A DNA stretch of 64,000 nucleotides from an uncultured Rivularia sp. (GCA_963665115.1 OY762007.1:7456001-7520000), one strand, 5' to 3'; shown: positions 24,744-35,623, numbered from the stretch's first letter. Program-made: numbers and translations. The notes: generated from the letters alone by a model not told the origin.

Positions 24744-25431
24744 ATGAACGCAACAGACGACAAAACCATTGTTAAGGATTATTTCAATTCGACGGGCTTT
24801 GACCGTTGGAGACGCATTTATGGCAATGGTGAAGTAAATAAGGTGCAGCTTGATATCCGTAAAGGGCATCAAAAGACTGTAGATACAGTACTTAGCTGGT
24901 TTAAAGCTGATGATAGCTTGTCAGAAATATCAATATGCGATGCTGGATGTGGTGTAGGTAGTCTCAGCATACCTTTAGCCGAAGCCGGAGCAAAGGTTTA
25001 CGCCAGCGATATTTCTGAAAAAATGGTTCAAGAAGGTAGAGAAAGAGCCGAACAAATTTTAGGAAACGCTGATAATCCAACTTTCGCGGTACAAGACTTG
25101 GAAGGCTTGAGTGGTAACTATCATACGGTTGTTTGCTTGGATGTTCTGATCCACTATCCCCAAGAAAAAGCTGCCGAGATGATATCTCATTTATGCAGCA
25201 CCGCAGAATCGCGGATAATAATTAGTTTTGCGCCCAAAACCTTTGCTCTGAGTATATTAAAGAAAATCGGAGGTTTCTTTCCAGGGCCCCAGTAAAACCA
25301 CCCGTGCATATCTACATCGTGAAGCCGATATCGTTGATTTTCTGCAAAAAAACGGCTTTAGCATCCAACGTCAAGCAATGACGCGCACGCGCTTTTACTT
25401 CTCCCGCATACTGGAAGCTACACGTAAGTAA
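24744..25431 (+). CDS. chlM: Magnesium-protoporphyrin IX methyltransferase; +1 frameshift at 25287-25290
   Basis: YFNSTGFDRW, DAGCGVG, LDVLIHYP. Removing one C restores FPGPSKTTRAYLH and a stop at 25429-25431 (228 aa). Confidence 0.93.
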
Positions 25432-25472
25432 GGTTAAGATCGCGGCAAGATATCATATCTTGTCGTGTTTCT

Positions 25473-25898
25473 ATGAAGTTTCTCACAAAAGTTTCAGCTG
25501 GTTTGCTACTCTCATTCAGTTCCATTCTTCTCATGCACGTAACCGTGGAGGCATTATCGACAAAAAATGATCGTAAAGCAACTCAAGAACAAAAACAAGA
25601 AATGGCAGATAAAGCCTTTGCTGGTTTAGCTTTAGGCTTATCCGGTGTAGGCTTGGGTTCGTCGCTGATATTGGGTTTGAAAAAACAACATCAAAGACAG
25701 CTAACAAGCCATCTGCAATCTACTTTTTATCGCCTTGTTGAAGAACAAAGAGGAGAAATTTCCTTATTACGCTTTGCTAAAGAAGCCGAAATAACAGGAG
25801 AAGAAGCCAAATTATTCTTAGATTCAAAGGCTCATGAATTCAACGCGACTTTCGATCACAGTAATAATGGTGGTGTTTATTATCACTTCCATTTGTAG
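25473..25898 (+). CDS. Hypothetical membrane protein (paralog of the next gene)
   Basis: Two TM segments; C-terminal LQSTFYRL...EFNATF...YYHF domain. Confidence 0.8.
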   Translation: MKFLTKVSAGLLLSFSSILLMHVTVEALSTKNDRKATQEQKQEMADKAFAGLALGLSGVGLGSSLILGLKKQHQRQLTSHLQSTFYRLVEEQRGEISLLRFAKEAEITGEEAKLFLDSKAHEFNATFDHSNNGGVYYHFHL

Positions 25899-26306
25899 TC
25901 AAAAGTATTTATTTTAATACTGTTTTGTTTTAATTAAATTGTAGAAACGTTGCAACAAGCGCGTTTCTACATAAAATACCTAATTTTTGAATTATTTTTA
26001 TATGTAATTAATATTTTTTATTATTCTGTGAAATAACGCATGAAAATACAAAACTTTTATATTGACAAAGAATCTTACCCCTTCCCCTCTGCTTGGTAAA
26101 GAAAAACATATATTTAAGAAATATGAAGTTTTAATCTAGACGTAGAATTACGTAAAATTGAGTAGATAAAACGAGATTATAGAGAAAAATTGCAAGTCGA
26201 TCTGGTTCCGCGCCTTACAAATAGCCATCATTTGATGATTAATGACTGGAATCTTCAATGAAAGTGAGGTTAGAATCAATCTTAAAGTTAAAACTTTAAA
26301 AAGATT

Positions 26307-26789
26307 ATGAAAACTGCTGAAAAGCTAGCTGCTGGTTGGTTAATTACATTAGGGTTTATGCTGACAACAATATCAGCACAGGCAATGATAAATAAACATC
26401 TAATGTTTAAACAGATACCACCTGGTACTTACGATGAATATGATTATCCCAATCATTACGCAGTAGCAGAGCTAGATACCACAGCAGTAAATGGGATTAT
26501 TTTTGGTTTACCCAGCTTAGCCCTTGGCGGGTGGTTAGCCTTGGGAATGCGCCGTCGGGGAAAGAAAGAAGAAAACGCGATCGCGCAACAAATAGACTTG
26601 CATTTGCAATCAATGTTTTATCGCATGATAGCTGAAAACCAAGGACGCATCACAGTTTTAGGCTTCGCCATGCAATCCCAGCTACCAGCAGCCACCGCAA
26701 GAGAATTCCTAGACGACCAAGCCAAACAATTTAATGCTAACTTCAAAGTAAGTGAAGACGGTGCCGTTTCTTATCACTTTGATATTTAA
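26307..26789 (+). CDS. Hypothetical membrane protein
   Basis: Two TM segments; C-terminal LQSMFYRM...QFNANF...SYHF domain. Confidence 0.8.
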   Translation: MKTAEKLAAGWLITLGFMLTTISAQAMINKHLMFKQIPPGTYDEYDYPNHYAVAELDTTAVNGIIFGLPSLALGGWLALGMRRRGKKEENAIAQQIDLHLQSMFYRMIAENQGRITVLGFAMQSQLPAATAREFLDDQAKQFNANFKVSEDGAVSYHFDI

Positions 26790-26810
26790 AAGAATTGGGG
26801 ATTGGACATC

Positions 26811-26943
26811 GGTAATTGGTAATTGGTAATTGGTAATTGGTAATTGGTAATTGGTAATTGGTAATTGGTAATTGGTAATTGGTAATCGGTAATTGGTAAT
26901 TGGTAATTGGTAATTGGTAATTGGTAATTGGTAATTGGTAATT
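26811..26943. repeat. STRR heptamer tract (GGTAATT)x19
   Basis: Direct reading. Confidence 0.95.
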
Positions 26944-27048
26944 TTAAACAGCTAGGGAGCAAGATGCTCCCACTACAAATTGCTTATAAATTGTCCCCTT
27001 GTCCCCTTGTCTCCCCATCACCCCATCTCATATCATCAATTCAGTAAC

Positions 27049-27426
27049 ATGACGAAAATATTCATCAGCTTAGCATCTGTATTCGGTGGTTTATCCGTAG
27101 CTGCTGGGGCTTTCGCTTCTCACGCTTTGAAAGAAAAACTTAGCGATCGCGCATTGCAAATTTTTGAAGTCGGCGCTCGCTATCAGATGTATCATGCTCT
27201 AGCGCTGTTACTAGTTGCAATCTTGTTAATTCAAAGCAAATCACCGTCAACAGCCTTAATCGCCAGTGGCTGGTTATTCATCATCGGTACATTTATTTTT
27301 TCCGGAAGCCTATACGCACTAGCGATTAGCGACATAAAAATCTTAGGAGCAATAACACCATTAGGTGGTGCAGCATTTATCGCCGGTTGGGGTGCATTGG
27401 CGATCGCTGCATTCAGTTATCAGTGA
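27049..27426 (+). CDS. DUF423 (YgdD/TMEM256) family membrane protein
   Basis: AGAFASHAL, YQMYHAL, FSGSLY, ITPLGG motifs; ATG at 27049. Confidence 0.9.
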   Translation: MTKIFISLASVFGGLSVAAGAFASHALKEKLSDRALQIFEVGARYQMYHALALLLVAILLIQSKSPSTALIASGWLFIIGTFIFSGSLYALAISDIKILGAITPLGGAAFIAGWGALAIAAFSYQ

Positions 27427-27811
27427 GCAGTTATCAGTTATTAGTGAGCAGGGAATGGCTATAAATTAGGAGTGTAGTGGGAGCGTCTCGCTCCCTAGAA
27501 AAATCTTGCTCTCCCATCCCCCCCATCTAAACTTTTTCTGCTCTACGATAAATCTTCAACCCTGCCTTACTAACGATTCTTGTTTTTTTCAGACCTTGTT
27601 TGGGAGCGAACAAACACCCAAGTTTCATTGAATCGCTATAGTAAAGACGATCGTAATTGAGTTAGACATTTTGTACTATTTCCGCTACAAGTAACTAATT
27701 GTGGTGGGGAAGGAAGAAATGAGAGTTAGGAGTTAAAAGTTAGGAGTTAATTAACTGATAACAAGTAACTGTTCACTGTTCACTGATAACTGATAACTGA
27801 TAACTGATTTT

Positions 27812-28600
27812 ATGTGCCGATTACTTGCTTATCTTGGTTCGCCTGTTTATTTAGAAAGTTTACTGTACAACCACGAACATTCACTGATAACTCAAAGCTA
27901 TCAACCCCAGGAAATGAATTCAGGAACTGTGAATGCTGATGGCTTTGGTGTGGGTTGGTATCATGCTCAAAAAGATACTGAACCCTTTACTTATAGAAGT
28001 ACGCTACCTATTTGGAATGATACTAATTTACCAAGTCTCAGCCGTTATGTAGAATCTGAGTGCGTAGTTTCTTATGTTCGTAGCGCGACTGCGGGTCAAG
28101 CACTTGATTTAAGTAATTGTCAACCATTCCAAAGAGAGCGTTTATTATTTATTCATAATGGTAAAATTGATAAGTTTCGTCAGACACTATACAGACTTAT
28201 ACGTAGTCAATTAAGCGATGAAATTTATCAGTGGGTGAATGGAACTACAGATTCGGAACACATTTTTGCTCTCATGCTTAACGAGTTGCAAAGTAACCCC
28301 GGTAAAAGTTTAGAACAAGCCATGCATCTGACTTTGCTGAAGCTGAAAGATTTAGTGGAACACCATGAGACTTACACTTTAGCTAACTTGGTTGTAAGTG
28401 ACGGAAATCGTCTTGTAGCTTCTCGCTTTAGCACAAAAACTCCATCTGCTTCTCTTTATTGGCTGCAAAACGATCCAACTTTTCCCAACTCCGTAATCAT
28501 CGCTTCCGAACCGCTGTTTAAAGGTAATTGGAATTCGTTTCCAGAAAATAGCATTCTCAGTGTGGGAGAAGATTGTGATATTAGAATTGAGCAAATCTAA
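27812..28600 (+). CDS. egtC: Ergothioneine biosynthesis amidohydrolase
   Basis: N-terminal nucleophile MCRLL, NADGFGVGWY, FIHNG, TTDSEH; adjacent to egtB and egtD. Confidence 0.9.
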   Translation: MCRLLAYLGSPVYLESLLYNHEHSLITQSYQPQEMNSGTVNADGFGVGWYHAQKDTEPFTYRSTLPIWNDTNLPSLSRYVESECVVSYVRSATAGQALDLSNCQPFQRERLLFIHNGKIDKFRQTLYRLIRSQLSDEIYQWVNGTTDSEHIFALMLNELQSNPGKSLEQAMHLTLLKLKDLVEHHETYTLANLVVSDGNRLVASRFSTKTPSASLYWLQNDPTFPNSVIIASEPLFKGNWNSFPENSILSVGEDCDIRIEQI

Positions 28601-29853
28601 TTTAAAAGAATCTAGAACAAAAGAGAGTATTATTCGCGCTTTCATTGAATGTCGCGCTAAAACTCTCCTTTTATTTCAAGATATGGATGAGACTACTTTT
28701 TGTAGTCAAGCTCATCCCGATTTTAGTCCTGTAGGCTGGCATTTGGGACATATCGCCTACACTGAATCTTTATGGATATTAGAGCGCACTGCTGCTTTAC
28801 CTTGTCCGTTTCCGCAATACCGCAAACTGTATGCAGCAGACGGTTTACCTAAAAATCAGCGCGTTAAATTACCTTCTTTAGAAGAAACTCGCCATTACCT
28901 AGATACAGTTCGAGAAAAAGTTCTGTATCACATGGAAAAAACTAATTTAGAACAGCAAGAACGTTTATGGCGCTTTTTACTGCAACATGAAAGCCAGCAT
29001 AGCGAGACGATTAGTTTTGTGTTGGAGTTGATGAGAAATCAGAAGTCGGATACGGAGAAGGAAAATTCTTGGCATCTTTCTTACTCTTCTTCTCCCTTAC
29101 TTAGCAATCCTCTGAACGAAATGATTCAAATTCCAGCCGGAGAATTTGAAATGGGTAGCAATTCATTAGATGCACTTGATAACGAATATTCAGCCCATAA
29201 AGTTTATTTAGATACATACTCAATTGACCGATATCCCATAACTTGCAAGCAATATCGAACATTTATGGAAGCTAGAGGTTATAAAAATCCTCAGTGGTGG
29301 TCGAAAGCAGGCTGGAAATGGTTGCAATCAGAAAAAGCTACAAAGCCGCTTTATTGGGAAGATAACCCAGCTTGGTACAATAATCCGGTTTGGGGTGTAA
29401 GTTGGTATGAAGCAGAAGCTTACGCAAAGTTTGTGGGTAAGCGCTTACCCACAGAAGCAGAGTGGGAAAAAGCCGCCAGTTGGGATGAAAGATCAAAATG
29501 TCGGCGCATTTATCCTTGGGGAAACAAAAAACCCACAACCGAAAACTGCAACCACAATAATATTCACAGTCAAACAACAGCAGTAAACGCTTACCCATCT
29601 GGACAAAGCGCTTACGGTTTATACGACGCTTTAGGAAACGTATGGGAATGGACAGCAAGCTGGTTTGATGGCTATGAAGGCTTTCAACATTATCCTTACA
29701 AAGGCTTCTCCCAAGTTTATTTCGACAACCAGCATAAAGTTCTCAAAGGCGGAAGTTGGGCAACTCGTCCCCTGGGCATTACGTAGTAGCTTTCGTAATT
29801 GGTACCATCCCGGAGTGCGCCAGATATTCGCCGGATTTCGCTGCGCCGCTTGA
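28560..29853 (+). CDS. egtB: Ergothioneine sulfoxide synthase (DinB plus FGE-sulfatase domains); +1 frameshift at 29769-29772
   Basis: SPVGWHLGH, QHESQHSE metal ligands, RLPTEAEWEKAA, GNVWEW. Removing one C restores RPWALRSSFRNWY..FAGFRCA. Confidence 0.9.
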
Positions 29854-30022
29854 TGGGGAGATGAAAATTTTTACCTTTGAGCTTTAACCTTTGACCTTTG
29901 ACCTTTATTACTCATAACTCCTAACTAATAACTGTTCACAGGTAACAAATTGCTGATAATCTAGGTTGGGTTTGAGGTTTGCTAAAAAAAATTACCCCTC
30001 AAACCAAGCAATCGGAGACTCA

Positions 30023-31054
30023 ATGACATTTTCTAAAACTATTAGCGACAGCGTTGGTTACTCTAAAAGCGTTGAAAGTAGGTTACAAGTACAACATTTG
30101 CCTCAATACAAGCCTAAAGCGGCCTCTTCTGCCGGAAGCGATGTGGTTAAAGGGTTGACTCAGACACCTAAATATCTTTCTCCGCACTATTTGTATGACG
30201 ATCGTGGTTCTGAGTTGTTTGAAGAGATTTGTGAATTACCAGAATATTACGTTACCAGAACCGAAGCTGCGATTTTACAAGCCTGTGCTGAAGAAATAGC
30301 TCAAATAACTGGTGCTTGTGAGTTCGTTGAACTTGGTAGCGGTAGCTCTACTAAAACTCGCGTTTTATTAGATGCTTACCAAAAACTCGGACTTCCCTTA
30401 CATTATTTACCAATTGATGTAAGTGCCGGTATTTTGGAAGCAAGCGCCAGACAACTTTTGGTAGATTATCCTTCGTTAAAAGTTCACGCATTAGCTGGAA
30501 CTTACGAACAAGCGCTAGGAGAGTTGGAACGAAGCGAATTACCCACCCGCATGATTGGCTTTATCGGTAGCAGTTTGGGTAATTTGACTCCTAAGCAGTG
30601 CGAAGATTTTCTTTCTCATATCACTGCCGGTTTGCAGTTGGGAGAGTATTTCTTATTAGGCGTAGATTTACAAAAGCCCAAAGATATTTTAGAAGCTGCT
30701 TACAATGATTCTGCGGGAGTAACTGCTGATTTCAATCTTAATGTGTTAGACCATTTAAATCGCCGCTTTAACGGTAACTTTGAGCGAACTAAGTTTGAGC
30801 ATTGGACATTTTATAACGAGACAAAACATCAAATTGAAACCTATTTGCGTTCTTTAGAACCTCAAACCGCAGAATTAAAGGATCTCAACCTCAAGCTTAA
30901 CTTTGAAAAAGGCGAGACTATTCATACCGAGATTTCTCGTAAATTTGATATTAATGGTATTCAAGAATTACTTCAAACCAAAGGTTTAGTTACACAAAAA
31001 GTGTGGACTGACGAGAATCAATGGTTTGCATTAATACTTTCTAAGCTTACTTAA
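30023..31054 (+). CDS. egtD: L-histidine N-alpha-methyltransferase
   Basis: YDDRGSELFEEIC.LPEYY, ELGSGSSTK, GSSLGN, AYNDSAGVTA.FN, TEISRKF. Confidence 0.94.
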   Translation: MTFSKTISDSVGYSKSVESRLQVQHLPQYKPKAASSAGSDVVKGLTQTPKYLSPHYLYDDRGSELFEEICELPEYYVTRTEAAILQACAEEIAQITGACEFVELGSGSSTKTRVLLDAYQKLGLPLHYLPIDVSAGILEASARQLLVDYPSLKVHALAGTYEQALGELERSELPTRMIGFIGSSLGNLTPKQCEDFLSHITAGLQLGEYFLLGVDLQKPKDILEAAYNDSAGVTADFNLNVLDHLNRRFNGNFERTKFEHWTFYNETKHQIETYLRSLEPQTAELKDLNLKLNFEKGETIHTEISRKFDINGIQELLQTKGLVTQKVWTDENQWFALILSKLT

Positions 31055-31060
31055 ATAAAA

Positions 31061-31086
31061 GGGTGGGCATTGTTTTTATGCCCACC
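31061..31086 (+). terminator. Hairpin after egtD
   Basis: ggtgggcat...atgcccacc stem; weak T tail. Confidence 0.5.
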
Positions 31087-31222
31087 TGATTCTAATTGTA
31101 GAGTGTGTTACGGCGCGTAGAATATTGAAGGTAAATTAATATATAAATCCTGCCGTAACGCACCATCGATAAATCCACTGCTTTACGGCATTAATCAAAA
31201 ATAGAACAATGCAGCCTAAAAG

Positions 31223-32500
31223 TTAAAAACAAGCGAGTAAATCATAATGTGAATTTAAACCTAATAAATATGAATCATAAGAATTGATAATTTTTTGTTG
31301 TCTAAAAATATCAATTTCTTGAATAATCTTGCTATTTCTAGAAATAAATAAAGAAAAATTATGATCGTATGACACACAAAAATCTCTTCTAAACGTATAT
31401 AGCGCTTCCCGGTCTATCGAGGTACATCTTAAAACCTCACCCCCAACCCCTCTCCTTATTAAGGAGAGGGGAGATAAAGAAAGCTGTACTTCACCAGATT
31501 GAGAAACGCTATATAACCATTCAGTGACATCAAGAAAACTTTGAAGATAAATCAAATCAGAATAGTTTGACTGTTCATTTTCCGTATGAATTAATATATT
31601 TACAAGTTTTTTTAAATCAGTATTTTGGGATATCCAGTAGGCTCTGTCACTTGATGAGAACCTTCCTAATTTAGAAATCAATTCACTAGATATCAATTCA
31701 AAAAATAATTTTTCTTCTGTTTGTAGTTCGTATACATTCCACTTACGGCAATATTCAGGAATATCTAATCTCTGAATGACTTTATGTTTTTCTAAATATT
31801 CATTCAATAGTGAATTTTGTTTTGCATCGATATTTGTCAGGAAGTAAGGAGAATAAATATTGCAGTTGCAGGCTTCCCAAACTTCACCCACTGTATCAAT
31901 ATTTTCTTCAAATAAGATAGCTTTGGTAATATCGCTAAAATTATGAGATACATTATATGAACTGATTAATAAATCACATAAACTATCATCTATCGGCATT
32001 CTCCACTTATTAGAAGAACATTCTATAAATCTGTTCCGAATTTTTTGCTCTGGTGAAATAAATACAAAGCTTTCAAAACGTGGTGCATTAGCCCAAGGTA
32101 AAATAGACCAATCATAATTCTTTGCAAACCAATCAAAAATGATATCTATTTTTTCTATAGATATTTGGCTAAATTGACCACCTATTGTTTCTAATAAACC
32201 AGGAAAATCATAAATATTTATCTTCCTTAAACCTCAACCATGAATATACCAATTTTGCTTATGATGAATATACCAAAGTTTGTCATAATATCGACCATAA
32301 GGCTCTAATAGAGAATTAGTAGGTGTAACATTATGTTTTTTATCATTAATTGAAATACAAGTGTGTGTTTTACGATTCTTAAGCCAAGATTTCAGTTTTT
32401 CTTGAAATAAATAATGATAATTGACAAAAAAAGCTAAATAATACATTGAATTAACTTTTAGCTTTTGGACATATGATAGCGAACATCTTCATTTTTTCAT
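31223..32500 (-). pseudogene. AT-rich hypothetical gene with in-frame TGA stops and a MITE insertion
   Basis: ORFs 32234-32446 and 31223-31999 share one frame, separated only by TGA at 32234-32236. A second in-frame TGA lies at 32489-32491 after ATG 32500. Confidence 0.65.
31396..31515. mobile_element. MITE, 120 bp including terminal TATATA at both ends
   Basis: Imperfect 31-bp TIRs tatatagcgcttcccggtctatcgaggtaca / tgtacttcaccagattgagaaacgctatata; internal hairpin cccctctcctt-att-aaggagagggg. Confidence 0.8.
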
Positions 32501-32660
32501 GTATACTGACTTATTTATCTATAATTGACTTTAAATATCAAGATAAATAAGTATAAGTTTCTAATTATTTTTGATAAAGCACCGTATTTATGATTGTACA
32601 TAACGTCATTAATCAACCTACAGCCCAAAATAATATTTGCAAAATTTCATTAATACCCGA

Positions 32661-32873
32661 TTAACTTAAAACTTCTACTTCGTGAACAATAATTTTCGGT
32701 TCAGGTATTTCCAATCCATCTTCTTGCATTCCTTCTAAATGAAATTCAACAGCTTCTGAAATTAACGTTTTAACTTCTTCTACACTTTCAGCCACTGCAA
32801 CACATCCAGGTAAATCAGGAACATAAGCACCATAGCTAGTTTCTGCTTTTTCAATAACCACAACATAACGCAT
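32661..32873 (-). CDS. hicB: Type II TA antitoxin, HicB family
   Basis: YVVVIEK..YGAYVPDLPGC...EAVEFHLEG; ATG overlaps the hicA stop (TAATG). Confidence 0.9.
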   Translation of the reverse strand: MRYVVVIEKAETSYGAYVPDLPGCVAVAESVEEVKTLISEAVEFHLEGMQEDGLEIPEPKIIVHEVEVLS

Positions 32874-33065
32874 TATTCTTCCTCCAATTGTGCCTGTTTC
32901 CATATACTTTTAAGTGTACCGATAGGCACATCAATACTTAATTTACCGGCTACTGTAACGGTACCGGGTTTATCAAAATGTTTAAATTGTCTATGACTCC
33001 CTTTAGTTTCTAGCAAGATACCAGCCATCATTTTCTAATCGTTTGATAACTTCACTTACTTTCAT
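32873..33065 (-). CDS. hicA: Type II TA toxin, HicA family; +1 frameshift at 33007-33009; missing from the ORF track
   Basis: Hand translation after removing one base: MKVSEVIKRLENDGWYLARTKGSHRQFKHFDKPGTVTVAGKLSIDVPIGTLKSIWKQAQLEEE (GSH motif). Confidence 0.88.
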
Positions 33066-33222
33066 ACTACTGTTCTACTGTATAGGTAAAATTTCCGTTA
33101 TAGATAGAATCGCAGGTTAATAGCTTTAAGTACAAGTGACAGTTAGATCATTTAGATCATAACGATTATGGTAGGTTAGGACATTAATTAACGTATAGCC
33201 TTAAGAATAAATCAAAGAATGC

Positions 33223-33420
33223 CTAATACACTCTACAAAATACTGAATTCACGAGTAGCGTGCCTACAATAGCGCCAACATTAATAGAGAAGGTACTTAA
33301 TAATGCTATTTTTAAAGCTTCCGTTATAGAATACCTTTTCAGCATTTGCCTTACTAGTATACTTACAAAAGAAACTGGGGAGAAAATTAGAATGAAGAAC
33401 CAACTAGATTGTGACATCAT
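33223..33420 (-). CDS. Small hypothetical membrane protein
   Basis: 65 aa, two hydrophobic segments, GGAGG RBS upstream. Confidence 0.55.
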   Translation of the reverse strand: MMSQSSWFFILIFSPVSFVSILVRQMLKRYSITEALKIALLSTFSINVGAIVGTLLVNSVFCRVY

Positions 33421-33491
33421 CCGCCTCCTAAATACGCTTACGAAAAAATAACTCCTTCTCCAATTCCCTATGCCCTATGCCCAATCCCCTC

Positions 33492-34790
33492 TTACAATTG
33501 CCATTGAAAGAAATCAACAACATTTCCCAATATTCTATGTTTAATTAAAGAACGCTTTTTCCAATCATCATAGGTAATCTGCTTACTTTGGGCAAAACCT
33601 TTTTCAAAAGTATCTTTAATTCCCTTCACTAACTCAGGTTGTGCGCTACAAATATCTAATTCTTCGTTATGACAAAAGCTGCGAGGGTCAAAATTAGCAC
33701 TCCCCGTCGTTGCCCACAAATCGTCGATTAACAGCAATTTTGCATGAGTCATACTGGGCTGAAATTCATAAATTTCTACACCACCTTCAAGCAACTTCCC
33801 GTAATGCTCGAAGGAAGCATAGTGAACGGGCTTTTTATCGCTACGCTTACTAGTAGTAAGAATGCGAACGTCTACACCTTTTTGTTTTGCTTCTACTAAT
33901 AAATTGATCGAGTTGTCGTCAGGTAGAAAATAAGGGCTAGCCAACCAAATTCGTTTTCTGGCACAAATAATACTGTTGTATTTAAAGTTTTGAATCGGTG
34001 AAAAACGGATTCTGGGGTTTGCTCCGGGCACTACTATCATTAAATGCTTATTATCTTTATCGTCAGCGGCGGGTTGGAATTTTTCTCTAGCGAAATTTGC
34101 CGTACAGTCTGCAAAAGTCCAATGTTGCGAAAATATTCCTTCTAAAATCCGAATAATTTCCCCTTCTAGACGCATTTCTACATCTAACCAGGGCTGCGTG
34201 TCATCCTTTTTTTGCTTACCATCCCAAAGATCGGAAATACCCGCACCACCGACTAAACCAAACTTGCTATCAATCAACAATAGCTTGCGGTGAGTACGTC
34301 CAGCATAATCTAAAGGAGCTTTCCAATTAAAGGAATTGAAAAAAGATATTTTCACCCCCGTTGCTCGCAAACGCTGCCAATATTGTTTGGATATATCCTT
34401 TGTGCCATATTGATCGACAATCAAGCGTACTTCAACACCGGCTCCTGCTCTTTCGGCAAGGGCGATCGCAAAATCATCCGCTCTCTTACCAGGAGTCATA
34501 AAGAACGTTTCAAAGTCAATCGTGTGTTGTGCTTGCCCAATTGCATCCAGACGAGCTTGTTGAATGTCGGCAGCTTGATTCCAGAAATCGGTGACTACGC
34601 CAGTACTCATAAAAGAGTTAGTGGTACTAGCTAAGACAAAGGGAAATTCTGGATCGTCTGGCTTGAGCGCGTTTTTAACTCGATATTTTACGCGATCGCG
34701 AAAGGCTCCCCGGAAATAAAAACCGATCGTAACAATCAAGCTGAGTATTAATAATGCAATAAACAGCCGCAACAGAATTGATGCAATCAT
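33492..34790 (-). CDS. Phospholipase D / cardiolipin synthase family protein
   Basis: Two HKD motifs (HRKLLLID, HAKLLLID), SPYFLP, GSANFD.RS. Confidence 0.9.
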   Translation of the reverse strand: MIASILLRLFIALLILSLIVTIGFYFRGAFRDRVKYRVKNALKPDDPEFPFVLASTTNSFMSTGVVTDFWNQAADIQQARLDAIGQAQHTIDFETFFMTPGKRADDFAIALAERAGAGVEVRLIVDQYGTKDISKQYWQRLRATGVKISFFNSFNWKAPLDYAGRTHRKLLLIDSKFGLVGGAGISDLWDGKQKKDDTQPWLDVEMRLEGEIIRILEGIFSQHWTFADCTANFAREKFQPAADDKDNKHLMIVVPGANPRIRFSPIQNFKYNSIICARKRIWLASPYFLPDDNSINLLVEAKQKGVDVRILTTSKRSDKKPVHYASFEHYGKLLEGGVEIYEFQPSMTHAKLLLIDDLWATTGSANFDPRSFCHNEELDICSAQPELVKGIKDTFEKGFAQSKQITYDDWKKRSLIKHRILGNVVDFFQWQL

Positions 34791-34957
34791 TGTCTATATA
34801 AAAGATTAAATATCAAATAAAATATTCGGAATTTATTTCTTGTGAAAACATTTCCGAAATACAATTTTTACTATTAAATAGTAGCTTATGTAATAAATAC
34901 ATCTAGCTACAGAAAGAAAAGTTATTTATCAAAAAGCATAAATTGCTAATTAAGGTT

Positions 34958-35008
34958 CGTAGTAAGGGCTTTAGCCCTCTCATACAAGGGCTAAAGCCCT
35001 TACTACAA
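34958..35008. repeat. Palindromic dispersed repeat (gtagtaagggctttagccct...agggctaaagcccttactac)
   Basis: Long inverted repeat; related copy at about 6872-6922. Confidence 0.75.
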
Positions 35009-35014
35009 ACTCGA

Positions 35015-35623
35015 TCATCCAATCGGTTGCTTCCCTGGATTAACGGCATGAATAAATTCGCTACCAGATGCAGGAAATCCTCTTTTATAACAAGCTTCTT
35101 CTGGTTTTCCCCATCCCAACTGCAAGATTATTTCTAAAAAGTTAGAATTTTCCCATTTCCACAAACCAGACCATTGCATTCTTCGATCGATTCTCTTAAT
35201 ATCTTCTATCTTAATTTGTTGATACAGTTTGCCGTTACTAAGACTTAAATAAAAGTCCATTCCAACAGTTACTTTGTACCAAAATTCTAAAATTGAACTT
35301 TTGGCAGACTCTAATATTTTCAAGTCATTTTGTAGCGCAATTAACTGTCCATCAACTTCCGGATAACGTAAACTTTCACCTTTAACATTTATCTCTCGCC
35401 ACACAATACCAGAGATTTGATGCTCTCTTTGATATTCGTGAATGGCGGATTTAAAATCTTGATAGGCAGTAAACTTTTGCAAGCCTTCTGTTTTGATAAA
35501 CTGGTCAATTACAGGATTACCAGATACCTTTACCTCTAATTTCAAACGTTTTCCCGTTAGACAAGCTTGGCGCTCGTCGGTTAAAATTTGGATCAATTCC
35601 TCGGTAGTGTAAACTTCTGACAT
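35015..35623 (-). CDS. Hypothetical protein
   Basis: 202-aa ATG ORF with normal composition. Confidence 0.75.
   Translation of the reverse strand: MSEVYTTEELIQILTDERQACLTGKRLKLEVKVSGNPVIDQFIKTEGLQKFTAYQDFKSAIHEYQREHQISGIVWREINVKGESLRYPEVDGQLIALQNDLKILESAKSSILEFWYKVTVGMDFYLSLSNGKLYQQIKIEDIKRIDRRMQWSGLWKWENSNFLEIILQLGWGKPEEACYKRGFPASGSEFIHAVNPGKQPIG

Noticed and set aside
28560..29853. Selenoneine or ovothiol cluster
   Set aside because: Flanked by egtC and egtD, with no senB/selD-like genes and no fused methyltransferase domain.
32234..32491. Selenocysteine or TGA recoding
   Set aside because: No redox motif or obvious SECIS hairpin; TGA is a normal stop in other genes here; the same gene also has a MITE.
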